A stretch of DNA of 64,000 bases from Octopus sinensis (taxonomy: Eukaryota), in NCBI RefSeq assembly GCF_006345805.1, contig NC_042997.1, positions 190,154,001-190,218,000 of the forward strand, given 5' to 3'. The notes under the pieces are model-generated. The model saw nothing but the letters and a program-made list of their open reading frames with translations. It did no database searches and was not told the DNA's origin. A program made the translations under genes and the position numbers. Each line of letters opens with the position of its first letter. Within the stretch, counting starts at the first letter, position 1. Of the stretch, positions 1-11,705 are shown one piece after another.

Positions 1-57
1 TGGAGTAAAATTATGAAAACAATGGATTAATTTAATTATATTCCACATCATGGAAAA

Positions 58-288
58 GGCGGCGAGCTGGCAGAAACGTTAGCACGCTGGGCGAAATGCG
101 TAGCCGTATTTCGTCTGCCGTTACGTTCTGAGTTCAAATTCCGCCGAGGTCGACTTCGCCTTTCATCCTTTCGGGGTCGATAAAATAAGTACCAGTTACG
201 CACTGGGGTCGATGTAATCGACTTAATCCGTTTGTCTGTCGTTGTTTGTCCCTTCTGTGTTTAGCCCCTTGTGGGCAGTAAAGAAATA
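58..288 (+). mobile_element. tRNA-derived SINE family A (full length)
   Basis: ggcggcgagctggcagaa head, gagttcaaattcc B-box, gcctttcatcctttcggggtcgataaa central domain; 16 bp TSD tatattccacatcatg (37-52, 289-304); many copies in the window. Confidence 0.9.
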
Positions 289-826
289 TATATTCCACAT
301 CATGTAGCTCAATGATTCTTTACAAGTTTGAATGAATAATAATTTTATGTTTCAGTTTGAAAAATTTGACTGTACATATGTATTACTTTCCAATTGTTAT
401 ATCCCGGAGGATTTATTTCGTATTCTCTGTCTGTTACATCTAAATTATATTTACAGAAATTCAACAAAAACGAAGATTCATTTTGAAGCATTTACTAGGT
501 AATTTCACGTAACGATATTTATATTCATTCGATAGCAAGGCATACATGTCAAAAAGAAAGAATCACCAAATTTTCTTCAAGTATTATATCTGATATTTCT
601 TGGGCATTAAAATAGATCTCGATTTTTTTTTTCTATTTAAATGATGGAGCAAACAGAAATGGCTCAAAGTATTAAGCAAGAAGTAACGAAGAATTTCTTT
701 CATCCACTCATTATTCGCAAATCATGGTATAAAAAAATGAAAGACAAAAGAGGGAAACTGTTATTTTGAATTGGTAACTATGATTTCATACTGTTTGATT
801 GAACACCATTAGTTTGTAAATCTTTG

Positions 827-897
<71 letters not shown>

Positions 898-906
898 TAT
901 ATACAC

Positions 907-958
<52 letters not shown>

Positions 959-1643
959 GTGTACATATATACATGTATGTATGTATGCATGTACTCTGTA
1001 CGTATATATATACATACATAAATACATGCATATATATATAGTATATGCTTGTATATATATATATATATATAGATAGATAGGTATAGATATAGATATACAC
1101 AAGCATATACTATATATATGCATGTATTTATGTATGTTTATGAAATTGATAAGTTTTGCATACTTTTCGTTCCATCAATCGTTTAAATTTTATAGAACAG
1201 TTTGTTTTTATACTACATTAAAACGTTGAATACTAAGTAAATGAATTATGACAGATGAAGATTCATGTTGAAAGAGAGAGAGAGAGAGAAAAAAAAGAAA
1301 GAAGAAGAAATGGAAAATTTTAATACACATATATACATGAGCGCGGGAACGAAAGTATAAACGAAAAGTATGTGTGTATATTTATGTAAGAAAAAAAAGA
1401 AGTATAAAGAGAAATTTAGAAAGAACCTACTTAAAAGTTGCGGAAAGAAACCGATGATAGAAAGTACTAATATACAACAGATAAGGAGTTAATGAGGCAG
1501 TACTGAAACCGGTGGTGAGGAACAGGACATATCGAGGTGCAATTATTTGCATATGAATCTTTCTGGGGTGCTTTAATAGTACTTCCGTCAGAAAAAAAGA
1601 AAAAAAATTTACAAAAAATATTGCATATATATATGTATATATG

Positions 1644-1709
<66 letters not shown>

Positions 1710-2021
1710 ATATATATATATTATACCCGATTATATTGCTTTATATATACATATATATATATCATTATATATATGTATGCATATATATGTATGTACATAT
1801 ATATACATATAATATTATGTTATATATATAGTATAATATTATATATATATATCATATTGTACTACATTATGCTATATATATATGTGTGTGTGTGTATGTG
1901 CTATATAATATTGATATATATGTAATATATAGAAGAAATATGGTCAGTCGCCATGATAGATCGTTCTCCACAACACACATCTTTTTCTCTCCTTGTTTCT
2001 CTCCCTGTTTTTTTCTGTGCC

Positions 2022-2059
2022 CCTTTCTGCAGAAGAGCGTAGGCTCGAAACGTAAAAGG
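2022..2059 (+). ncRNA. Minimal hammerhead-like motif, family H1 copy 1
   Basis: CCTTT-CTGCAGA-A-GAGC-gtag-GCTC-GAAA-CG-TA-AAAGG, within a ~230 bp element (~1935-2160) between TA-rich tracts; core has C at position 6. Confidence 0.6.
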
Positions 2060-2209
2060 CTTTTTCTATTCCTGAGCGTTATACTAATACTAATACATCT
2101 GTTTGTTTTGTACACCACCTGTCTTCGTCTTTTGTTTTCTTTCTGTATGCTCTCCCTATATAGAACAAATATATTTATATACATAATATATAATTTAGAT
2201 ATGTATATA

Positions 2210-2965
2210 CGAGGTCTAATCCATAAGTATGTGGAGTGTTGCTATAGTAACAAAGCTAGGGCACGTAGAGTGAAGCCGTTTGCCACAGATTGAACTTGAA
2301 CTCTACTGTGCATGGGCACTAAGTGTTAACTTCCCCTGTTTACAGCGGTGCTTGACATGAAGGTGTGTAGCATGTGATCGTCGCATTGACCATGACAGAG
2401 AAAACTGAGCAGAGAACCTGCATGAAATTTTGCCAAAAGCTTGGCAATACCTGCTCAGAGGTCTATGCAAAGTTTTCAGAAATTTTCATTCTTTCTCAAC
2501 ACAATCAAGAAAATCTTGTGCAACTGAAACCCGAGTGTCTTTTTGGTCAGCTGAAAGCGGTTTTGGAACAAACTTGGCAGACATGCGTCTCATACCCAAA
2601 TCTTCGGTGATAATGGACTGAACTGACCCGTAACTAATCTGCATATCCTCTAATAACTCTCGGATGGGGATTCGATGATTTCCCTTCACAGCTGCACGCA
2701 CATCTGCAATGTTTTTCTCAGTTCTGCTGGTTATGGGTCCTCAGAACGTTAGTCAACATCGACATTTTGTCGGCTATCTTGGAAACATCTGAACCACTCC
2801 TACAGTTGTGGGCGGCTCATACACTCCTCTCCATACTCTTTCTGAAATTTTGCGTAGGACTGTAAGCAGATTTCGCGTCATGACAACTTTCTTGCGACGC
2901 TCACACGCCATACCCCTTCTTTGGTTACTGTGGCAACAGTCCGGATACTTATCGCTCAGACTTCG
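2210..2965. mobile_element. Rearranged non-autonomous mariner element
   Basis: TA-flanked imperfect TIRs cgaggtct...gtaacaaag; + strand MTEKTEQRTCMKFCQKLG (mariner N-terminus); - strand IRELLEDMQISYGSVQSIITEDLGMRRMSAKFVPKPLS (HTH plus WVPHEL-like motif). Confidence 0.88.
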
Positions 2966-2985
2966 TATATGTGCATACACACACT

Positions 2986-3062
<77 letters not shown>

Positions 3063-3064
3063 GT

Positions 3065-3115
<51 letters not shown>

Positions 3116-3744
3116 GTATATATAAATATATAGATGTGTGTCTGTGTGTAAGTATATATATGTGACCAGGCATTGTGAGTGTTTATTGAGCGAAAACACC
3201 TAAAAGCTCCATGAGGCTCCGGCAGGGTGTGGTGGCGATCCCTGCTGTAGTTTTTCGCCGCAACTTTCTCTCACTTTTTCTTCTGTTGGCCTGTTCGGTT
3301 AGCCAGCGGGGTGGCGTCATCTGAAGGCTAAAAGAATGCGAAGTGCATTGTGGCCAGCGATGTGTAGCAACATCTGCTCTGATGGCCTGGTCGGTCACGT
3401 GATCACATGATATATATATATATATATACATACATACATTTATATATACGCATATCATCATACCTGAAGCTAATGCCACTGAGGCTAATACAGATGTCGA
3501 TGATTATAATGGCAATGTTGATCATGATGATGATGGTGGTGATGATGGTAGTGGTGGTATTTGCAGATGAGGATGATGAAGACGAAGACGCTGATGACGA
3601 TGATGATCAAATATTGGAAGATATGTTGAAGAAGAAGCTGGTTCGGGAGTGATAGAAAGAGCAGATTTACGTAACGACAAAAATGGGCAGGGAAATGTTT
3701 GTGAAGTCTGCTATTGCATTTTTTGCATAGTAATTACATACATA

Positions 3745-4120
3745 GGCGCAGGAGTGGCTGTGTGGTAAGTAGCTTGCTTACCAACCACACAGTTCCGGGT
3801 TCAGTCCCACTGCGTGGCACTTTGGACAAGTGTCTTCTACTATAGCCTCAGGCCGACCAAAGCCTTGTGAGTGGATTTGGTAGACGGAAACTGAAAGAAG
3901 CCCGTCGTATATATATATATATATGCATATATATGTGTGTGTTTGTGTGTCTGTGTTTGTCTCCCCAACATCGTTACTTAGCGGTTCGGCAAAGGAGACC
4001 GATAGGATAAGTACTGGGTTTACAAAGAATAAGTCCTGGGGTTGATTTGCTCGACTAAAAGGCGGTGCTCCAGCATGGCCGCGGTCAAATGACTGAAACA
4101 AGTAAGAGAGAAAAAGAGAA
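3745..4120 (+). mobile_element. tRNA-derived SINE family B (CORE-like domain)
   Basis: ggcgcaggagtggctgtgtggtaag head, gggttcagtccc B-box, CORE-like gtggcaccttgggcaagtgtctt, internal (TA)/(TG) tract, gtaaaaga tail. Confidence 0.88.
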
Positions 4121-4282
4121 AGAGAAATACATACACACGAACGCACACACACACACACACACACACACATCGAAACACACACATATATGTATGTATATAT
4201 ATATTTATCGCCATGTTGATTCGCTAGCTTCTGCACGCATTTTTTTCTCTCCTTGTTTCTCTCCGTGTTTCTTTTCCGTGTA

Positions 4283-4320
4283 TCTTTCTGTTGAAGAGCG
4301 TAAGCTCGAAACGTAAAAGA
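4283..4320 (+). ncRNA. Minimal hammerhead-like motif, family H1 copy 2
   Basis: TCTTT-CTGTTGA-A-GAGC-gtaa-GCTC-GAAA-CG-TA-AAAGA; stem I covaries with copy 1. Confidence 0.6.
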
Positions 4321-4790
4321 CTTGTTTTATTTATATTCCTGAGCGCCATACTAATACAATTGTTTGTTTGTATTCCACCTGCCTTCGTCTTTTGTTTATT
4401 TTCATAAAGTCTCCCGTTATATATATATGGGTGTGTGTATCATTGTATTGATAATTATGCTTAGACAACTGTGGAGGTGTAATTTATAGCTGATTAAGTT
4501 TCAGAGTCTAAAATATACGTTATCTAATTAATTATATACTTTGATGGCGGCAGACGTGAATATACACACAGGCGTCCTTGTGTACAGCGTGTGAATGCAT
4601 TCACATTATAATGCATTTATTTCGTTATAATACATTCATTTGGTTATAATATTCATATATACTTTGTAGTGTATATTCTCAAGCACGCATCTATGCTATC
4701 AATATCTTGTTAAATATGAAGTATTTCTGCGCGTCTGTAGCTAAAATTTATATTAGTAAATACTTTCCTATACGAACGTTTAATACTCTA

Positions 4791-5220
4791 GGCACAGGAG
4801 TGGCTGTGTGGTAAGTAGCTTGCTTACCAACCACATAGTTCCGGGTTCAGTCCCACTGCGTGGCATCTTGGGGAAGTGTCTTCTGCTATAGCCTCGGGCC
4901 GACCAATGCCTTGTGAGTGGATTTGGTAGACGGAAACTGAAAGAAGCCCATCATGTGTATGTTTGTATATGTATATATGTATGTGTGTGTATATGTTTGT
5001 GTGTCTGTGTTTGTTCCCCCAACATCGCTTGACAACCGATGCTGGTGTGTTTACGTCCCCGTAACATAGCGGTTCGGCAAAAGAGACCGATAGAATAAGT
5101 ACTGGGCTTTTTAAAAAAAAGGCCCCGGGTCGATTTGCTCGACTAAAAGGCGGTGCTCCAGCATGGCCGCAGTCAAATGACTGAAACTAGTAAAAGTAAA
5201 AGAAAAAGTAAAGAAAGAAA
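4791..5220 (+). mobile_element. SINE family B
   Basis: Full-length family match. Confidence 0.9.
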
Positions 5221-5383
5221 GAATATACTTTGTAGTGTCGCATATATTCTCAAGCACGCATATATGCTATCAATATTTTGCTAAATATGAAGTATTTCTG
5301 CGCGCCTGTTGCTAAAATTTATATTAGTAGATACTTTCATATACGAACGTTTAATACTCTTGAAGCCTGCATAGTAGATATAC

Positions 5384-5794
5384 TCTCTTTTACTCTTTTA
5401 CTTGTTTCAGTCATTTGACTGCGGTCATGCTGGAGCACCGCCTTTAGTCGAGCAAATCGACCCCGGGACTTATTCTTTGTACGCCCAGTACTTATTCTAT
5501 CGGTCTCTTTTGCCGAACCTCTAAGTGACGGGGACGTAAACACACCAGCATCGGTTGTCAAGCAATGCTAGGGGGGCAAACACAGACACACAAACACACA
5601 CACACATACATATATATATATACATATATATACGACAGGCTTCTTTCCGTTTCCGTCTACCAAATCCACTCACAAGGCATTGGTCGGCCCGAGGCTATAG
5701 CAGAAGACACTTGGCCATGGTGCCACGCAGTGGGACTGAACCCGGAACCATTTGGTTGGTAAACAAGCTACTTACCACACAGCCACTCCTGCGC
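5384..5794 (-). mobile_element. SINE family B
   Basis: Full-length reverse match. Confidence 0.9.
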
Positions 5795-6594
5795 CATTTG
5801 ATTATAATATTCATATATACTTTGTAGTGTCGCATATATTCTCAAGCACACATATATGCTATCAATATTTTGCTAACTATGAAGTATTTCTGCGCGCCTG
5901 TTGCTAAAATTCATATTAGTAAATACTTTCCTATACGAACGTTTAATACTCTCGAAGCCTGCATAGTAGATATATTTATATTGGAATTATATTCATGTTG
6001 AGAAGCATTCACAAAATACCTTTCTTCCTAAGAATAAACTCATAAAGCTAGATTATATCTATTGGCTTTTAAACAAATCAACAACGTTCCACACCGTGCT
6101 GATTCTGGTCTCAGACCATTACCTCTAGATACAGTAAGAACATAAAAATGTGAATTACCGGAAATCATTGAATAAGGAAGGAAGTTACTAAGTAATGGAT
6201 GAAAGTTATAAAGAAATATTAAAGATAGAAAAAAATATTTTCGTGTCTTAAATCTTTATATTTTAATTTCTCTGTTTCTTTTTCTCCATTTTCAATGAGC
6301 TTGCAAAGAATTTTCTCTCCATGGATGTTTTCTTTTGGTTTTCTTTTAAGTTATAATGCCAGGCTTTTGTATTCATTCACAAAAATCCAATATACTTTGC
6401 TAGTTATCTAAAATCTTTAGCTGCAGTTACAACGAGATTCACTGGAGAGGCTTAATACGGTCTCTTACATGTGGTTGTTCTTGTACTGTTGAAGACAAGG
6501 CTCATTCTGCAATGTCATCCATTTTGAATAAATTTAGATAATTAAAATTGTTTGGTTTACTGTGTCAAGTGAAAGTGTCTGGTATGGTGAAGAG

Positions 6595-6792
6595 TAGTGC
6601 TTTTCAAAATTTTTGCTGGAGCGGAACCCCAAGGAAACATTCCACTGGCTCGAGGAATCCCTGTACGATAATTTAATAGTCTTATGCACACATATCTGCA
6701 CAGGAGAATGAAAAATTACTGCCGACTTTAGCAGTTTTTTTAACTTCTTGCGGAACCCTAAGGTTCCGCGGAACCCTGGTTGGAAACCACTG
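6595..6792. mobile_element. hAT-type MITE
   Basis: Ends tagtgcttttcaa...ttggaaaccactg; perfect 8 bp TSD GTGAAGAG (6587-6594, 6793-6800). Confidence 0.85.
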
Positions 6793-6837
6793 GTGAAGAG
6801 TGTTGCACTCACGATATGAAGATTTTGTGTTTCGAAA

Positions 6838-7069
6838 GGCGGCGAGCTAGCAGAACCGTTAGCACGCCGGGCGAAATGCGTAGCCGTATTTTGTCTGCCG
6901 TTACGTTCTGAGTTCAAATTCCGCCGAGGTCGACTTTGCCTTTCATCCTTTCGGGGTCGATAAATTAAGTACCTGTTACGCACTGGGGTCGATGTAATTC
7001 GACTTAATCCGTTTGTCTGTCCTTGTTTGTCCCTTCTATGTTTATCCCCTTGTGGGTAATAAAGAAACA
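6838..7069 (+). mobile_element. SINE family A
   Basis: Near-identical to 58-288; flanked by gatatgaagatt direct repeat. Confidence 0.9.
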
Positions 7070-9224
7070 GATATGAAGATTGTGTTTCCGTTCCCTGGCC
7101 AGCGGTGCATTGTTGTCTTGAGCAAAGCACTTCCTTTCAAGTTGCTCCAAGTCTACTCAGCTGTAAATAGATAACCCTGTGACGTTCTTGTGAGGGGAAA
7201 TGTTGGCTTGCCTGCCTAGGCATTAGGGTGGCAACGTTCAAAAGCTACAGCCATACGAGGAAGCGATATATAACATCTGACAGTCACTATTGTTTCCATG
7301 CGACAACATTCTCTGAGTATTTCCTTCAAATATATTGTCTTTCCTTTTTTTCCTGTCTCTTCTCTCTCGGCGAATGAAAGAAAACAGACAAACATGCGAA
7401 GGATACATATAATGAGATGAAAAACGACAGGCAGATAGATAATGACAGATCAATGTTTTATTCTGCTTGACTCTCCTGTTTCACCCCGCTTCCATTTCTG
7501 CTCGCTCCTGATTTTTTCTTCTTGAAGTCCGAAGCTCGAATACCAAATTTTAAATAACAAGAACATACAATAGCATGATGTGCAGAAATTAAAGTCATCT
7601 ACTGCTTATATGTTACCGAAGGTCGTGGCAATTATGAATTTCGATTGTTATAAGTATGTATGCATGCATTTATGTATGTATGTATAAATGTATGTATTGT
7701 ATGTTTGTGCGGGTGTATCTGTATGCACGTATGCTTGTGTGCATGTGTGTCTTAGACATCGGGATGTTATTGATATATGTCTAAATTCTTAAATCCTGTC
7801 ATAAACATTCTCAATATATAGTAAAATAAGCTTGAAAATTTAGAGCTACGATATTTTATTTATAAGATAAAATTATTACAAAAGATATCGTGCATAACAT
7901 TTGGCTATACGGAGACGTAAGTATATTTCTGCTAACCGCAAAGCGGCCTGTTCCGTCACTTAATTTTTGGAGAAGACGGTGAATAGAAGAAGGTTACTCT
8001 CGACAGATGAGAGAACTTTCATTGGAGAGCATCCCGTTAGCAAATATTGCAATGCAGCAGACATACAAGGTAAACCAATGAAAGATGAACGGAACCCACA
8101 GGGAGGAATTTTTTTCCAAAACAAACTCAATTTTTTGGCATTGTTGCTGTTCTTAAAGTTAAGGTTCCTCCTGATGCCTGAAATGAGAAGGGACGATTTC
8201 TGTGGATCTACAAAACCGTCTTTTGTAGGGTATTCTCTTACCAAAGATAGTGACACAGAATTACTGCAAGAAGAATGTGAAACCCATTCATATTTTAATA
8301 ACCGAAGGATTTGCACAGAAATTTCAAATTTAAAGAAAAATGCTTCATTCTCTCAATACTCGAATACGCAGTACCTCATTTTCTGACCGAGCCTGATGGA
8401 ATGTCTTCTGTAAGTTCCTTCAGATTTTTAATCCTCTCTATCATTCATGTTTCTAGCTCTTCCGTTATTTTAGATCACGTAAATTTATATTAATGTATAT
8501 TAATAAAGCATACATCTTTTATAAATACGTGTCATACTTTTTCATTGTTCGTTTTTATGAAGTAGATTATAATCTCAAATAATATATCATTTAAAAACAA
8601 ATCAACTTCGTAAAAATAGATTTCAAGACGCCTCAAAACATCGAACATACGCTACATTTTCTATACTACAATCCCGTCATTTAATACATTTAATACATAC
8701 GGGCTTCTTGAATATTTTAAACCTGGTAGAGGTTATCCCTCTCCTGGCCAGATCGCTGCCAGTTTTTTCACGAAGTAAGTAGAGTCAAGGAGAGAAAGGG
8801 AACGAGTGAGAGAGAGGGAGTGAGAAAAGGAGAGAGAAACTGTGTGTGTGGTGGGGTGGGGACATGGGAAGAGAAAATGAGAGTTGTCTTCGGCACAGGG
8901 ATAGCATTTTATTAATCGAAGCCGTTCTGCTTTTTCGAAAGGAAAAGAAGGACAAAGTTCACACCGATACGTAAATAGATACATTGGTAATTTCAGTTCT
9001 TATTGTGACTTGTTGAATGTCAATTAGTGGCATTCCAATTAGCTAGTTCCATTTGAATTAGTGGCCACCAAAGATTATTAAAAGTTTTATCAACAAAAGA
9101 CAAAGAACTCGGAAATACGATATCGAGGATCTATTAGCAGTAATACTGTATATCATTTATCAACTTGATCGGAACTGAAGAATATATCAATATATCAGTA
9201 TATCCAATGTACAGCTACAATATA

Positions 9225-9637
9225 TATTTCTTTACTGCCCACAAGGGGCTAAACATAGAGGGGACAAACAAGGACAGACAAAAAGATTAAGTCGATTACA
9301 TCGACCCAGTGTGAAACTGGTACTTTATTTATCGACCCCGAAAGGATGAAAGGCAAAATCGATCTCGGCAGAATTTGAACTCAGAACGTAACGACAGACG
9401 AAATACCTATTTCTTTACTACCCACAAGGGGCTAAACATAGAGGGGACAAACAAGGACAGACGGACATATTAAGTCGATTACATCGACCCCAGTGTGAAA
9501 CTGGTACTTTATTTATCGACCCCGAAAGGATGAAAGGCAAAGTCGACCTCGGCGGAATTTGAACTCAGAACGTAACGGCAGACGAAATACCGCTAAGCAT
9601 TTCGCCCGGCGCGCTAACGTTTCTGCCAGCTCGCCGC
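9225..9637 (-). mobile_element. SINE family A, nested dimer
   Basis: Two tails and bodies, one head; flanking ~20 bp imperfect TSD aatgt.ca.ctacaatatat. Confidence 0.88.
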
Positions 9638-9725
9638 TTTCGAATGTGCAACTACAATATATGACTTAAACGCTTAACTTTGAGAAAATTAGATCAGATG
9701 ACGATCGCATCTGATTTCTACTTAC

Positions 9726-9870
9726 CATCTTGCGACATGCCGGCGTTGAGGCATTTTTGATATCGGCAATACTGGCACTTGTTCCGTGTTATCTGGTCTA
9801 TTCTACATTGTGATCCTGTCTTACAAGGAGTGTACACCAACTGTTTCTTTAGTGTTCGCCGAAAGAAACC
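9726..9870 (-). CDS. PPAR: Nuclear receptor exon, second zinc finger of DBD (PPAR/NR1C-like)
   Basis: ttcattgcag|GGTTTCTTT...CAAGATG|gtaagt; 145 bp, phase 0/1; GFFRRTLKKQLVYTPCKTGSQCRIDQITRNKCQYCRYQKCLNAGMSQD. GFFRRT..LVY and RNKCQYCR match PPAR better than E75/Rev-erb (RRSIQQ). Not in the supplied ORF track. Confidence 0.92.
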
Positions 9871-10139
9871 CTGCAATGAAACTAGCAAAATTAGAAAATA
9901 TATGCCTCAAAAGATAGAGACATACACTCACGCATACATACATTTTGGGGGTAGGGGGCTAACATCAGACGTTTACCCCAGTGCTTGATTGGTTCCTTAC
10001 TTCATCGATCCCCAAAGGATTAAAGGACTATAAGTTTAAAAGCAAAGTCGGTCTCGGTGAAATTTGAACCCAGAACGTAAAGCCGGACGAATTGCCGCTA
10101 AGCATTTTGTTCGACACGCTAATGCTTGTAACAACTTTT

Positions 10140-10465
10140 TGTTTCTTCCTTCTCGAGCCACGCCTGGCTCATATGGGCCGGTTTTCCCGGTTTCCTTGGC
10201 GTATAGGTTCCCCACCTGGACGGCAGGCCAGGTCCTTCTGAACACCCTCATCTTGCTTTCTATGTAGACGTGAAGAAATATATAAGATGCAGGAGGAAAG
10301 AGTGAGAGAAAGAGACAGCAGCAGTTCGCCACCACCTTCTGCCGGAGCCGCATGAAACTTAGGTGTTTCGCTCATAAACACACACATCGCCCGGTCTGAG
10401 ATTCGAACCCGCGATCTTTCCACCACGAGACCGCTGCTCTAACCACTAGGCCATGTGCCTCCACG
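10140..10465 (-). mobile_element. tRNA-derived SINE family C
   Basis: Minus head ggcacatggcctagtggttagagcagcgg with ggttcgaatc B-box, gagcgaaacacctaag body; related to 54868-55420, 3165-3405 and ~13035-13320. Confidence 0.8.
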
Positions 10466-10748
10466 TAGCACCTTTTTACTTTCTTAATAATAATTTTTTA
10501 TACTATAGGCACAAGGCTCGAAATTTTCGGGGAGAGGCTAATTGATTATATCAATCTCACGTATTTTATCGACTCTGAATAGATGAAACCCATAGTCGAC
10601 CTCGGCAGGATTTGAACTCTGAGAGGATAGAGTTGTAACTAACACCGCAAAACATCTTTTCAGGTTGTATAAAAATTCTACCAGCATAGGCGCAAAGCCG
10701 TACATTTGTGTAAATGTGGTAGATGATCTATTTAATTCCAGTTCTTAA

Positions 10749-10979
10749 GGCGGCGAGCTGGCAGAAACGTTAGCACGGCGAACGAAATGCGTAGCCGCAT
10801 TTCGTCTACCGTTACGTTCTGAGTTCAAATTCCGCCGAGGTCGACTTTGCCTGTCATCCTTTCGGAGTCGATAAATTAAGTACCAGTTACGCACTAGGGT
10901 CAATGTAATCGACTTAATCCGTTTGTCTGTCCTTGTTTGTCCCCTCTATATTTAGCCCCTTGTGGGTAATAAAGAAACA
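10749..10979 (+). mobile_element. SINE family A
   Basis: Full-length match; TSD aattccagttctt. Confidence 0.9.
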
Positions 10980-11570
10980 GATTTATTCAATTCCAGTTCT
11001 TTGACAGGTACTATATTTTGAGGAATTCGACTTCAGCAGGATTTGAACTAAAATAGTAGTGGACCGTAACTTAATACGGCGAGCCATTTCATCCGACGCT
11101 TTTGCACTGATTACTGATTCTGGAGATCGGCCTGTTTGGTTACCAATATTTATTAATTAACAATAAATTCTCTCACACTCTCGTATCTACTTCTCCTTCT
11201 GTTATTTGTCTCTCTCGTCTGATTGTCTAACAAGGACCTTCAAATACGTAAATTAACCTTATTTTTGTTGTCGCTAATTAAATTTGAATATAATATAATT
11301 TCCTTGTAATTTTTTTCTTCTGTTTTATATTGCACCTGTTTCCACGCAACTAAGCAACCACAATCACAAACCACAACCTTCATAACAATTAACTGACAGC
11401 TTACGTACAATTTGCAACTATCATTCATTTCACCTATATCTCAAGCAATACTTCTCAACCTCTTTTTCTTTTAAGTAGTCATATTTTCCACCTTTTTGTT
11501 GGAAAATCATATGTATTTGTATTCTTATATTTGCACTGCTATCGTTATTTCAAGGGCTAGATATCCACCT

Positions 11571-11573
11571 CTG

Positions 11574-11657
<84 letters not shown>

Positions 11658-11658
11658 A

Positions 11659-11690
<32 letters not shown>

Positions 11691-11705
11691 TTTCTATCTA
11701 TCTAT
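11571..11705. repeat. (TATC)n microsatellite
   Basis: Direct observation. Confidence 0.95.

Noticed and set aside
778-1925. [12 protein letters not shown]-rich ORFs here and throughout the track
   Set aside because: Translations of (TA)n, (TG)n and (CA)n microsatellites, not genes
7960-8386. Overlapping 118 and 139 aa ORFs as possible PPAR hinge/LBD exon
   Set aside because: No RFGR or LBD motifs, no compatible phase-1 acceptor identified, no recognisable homology
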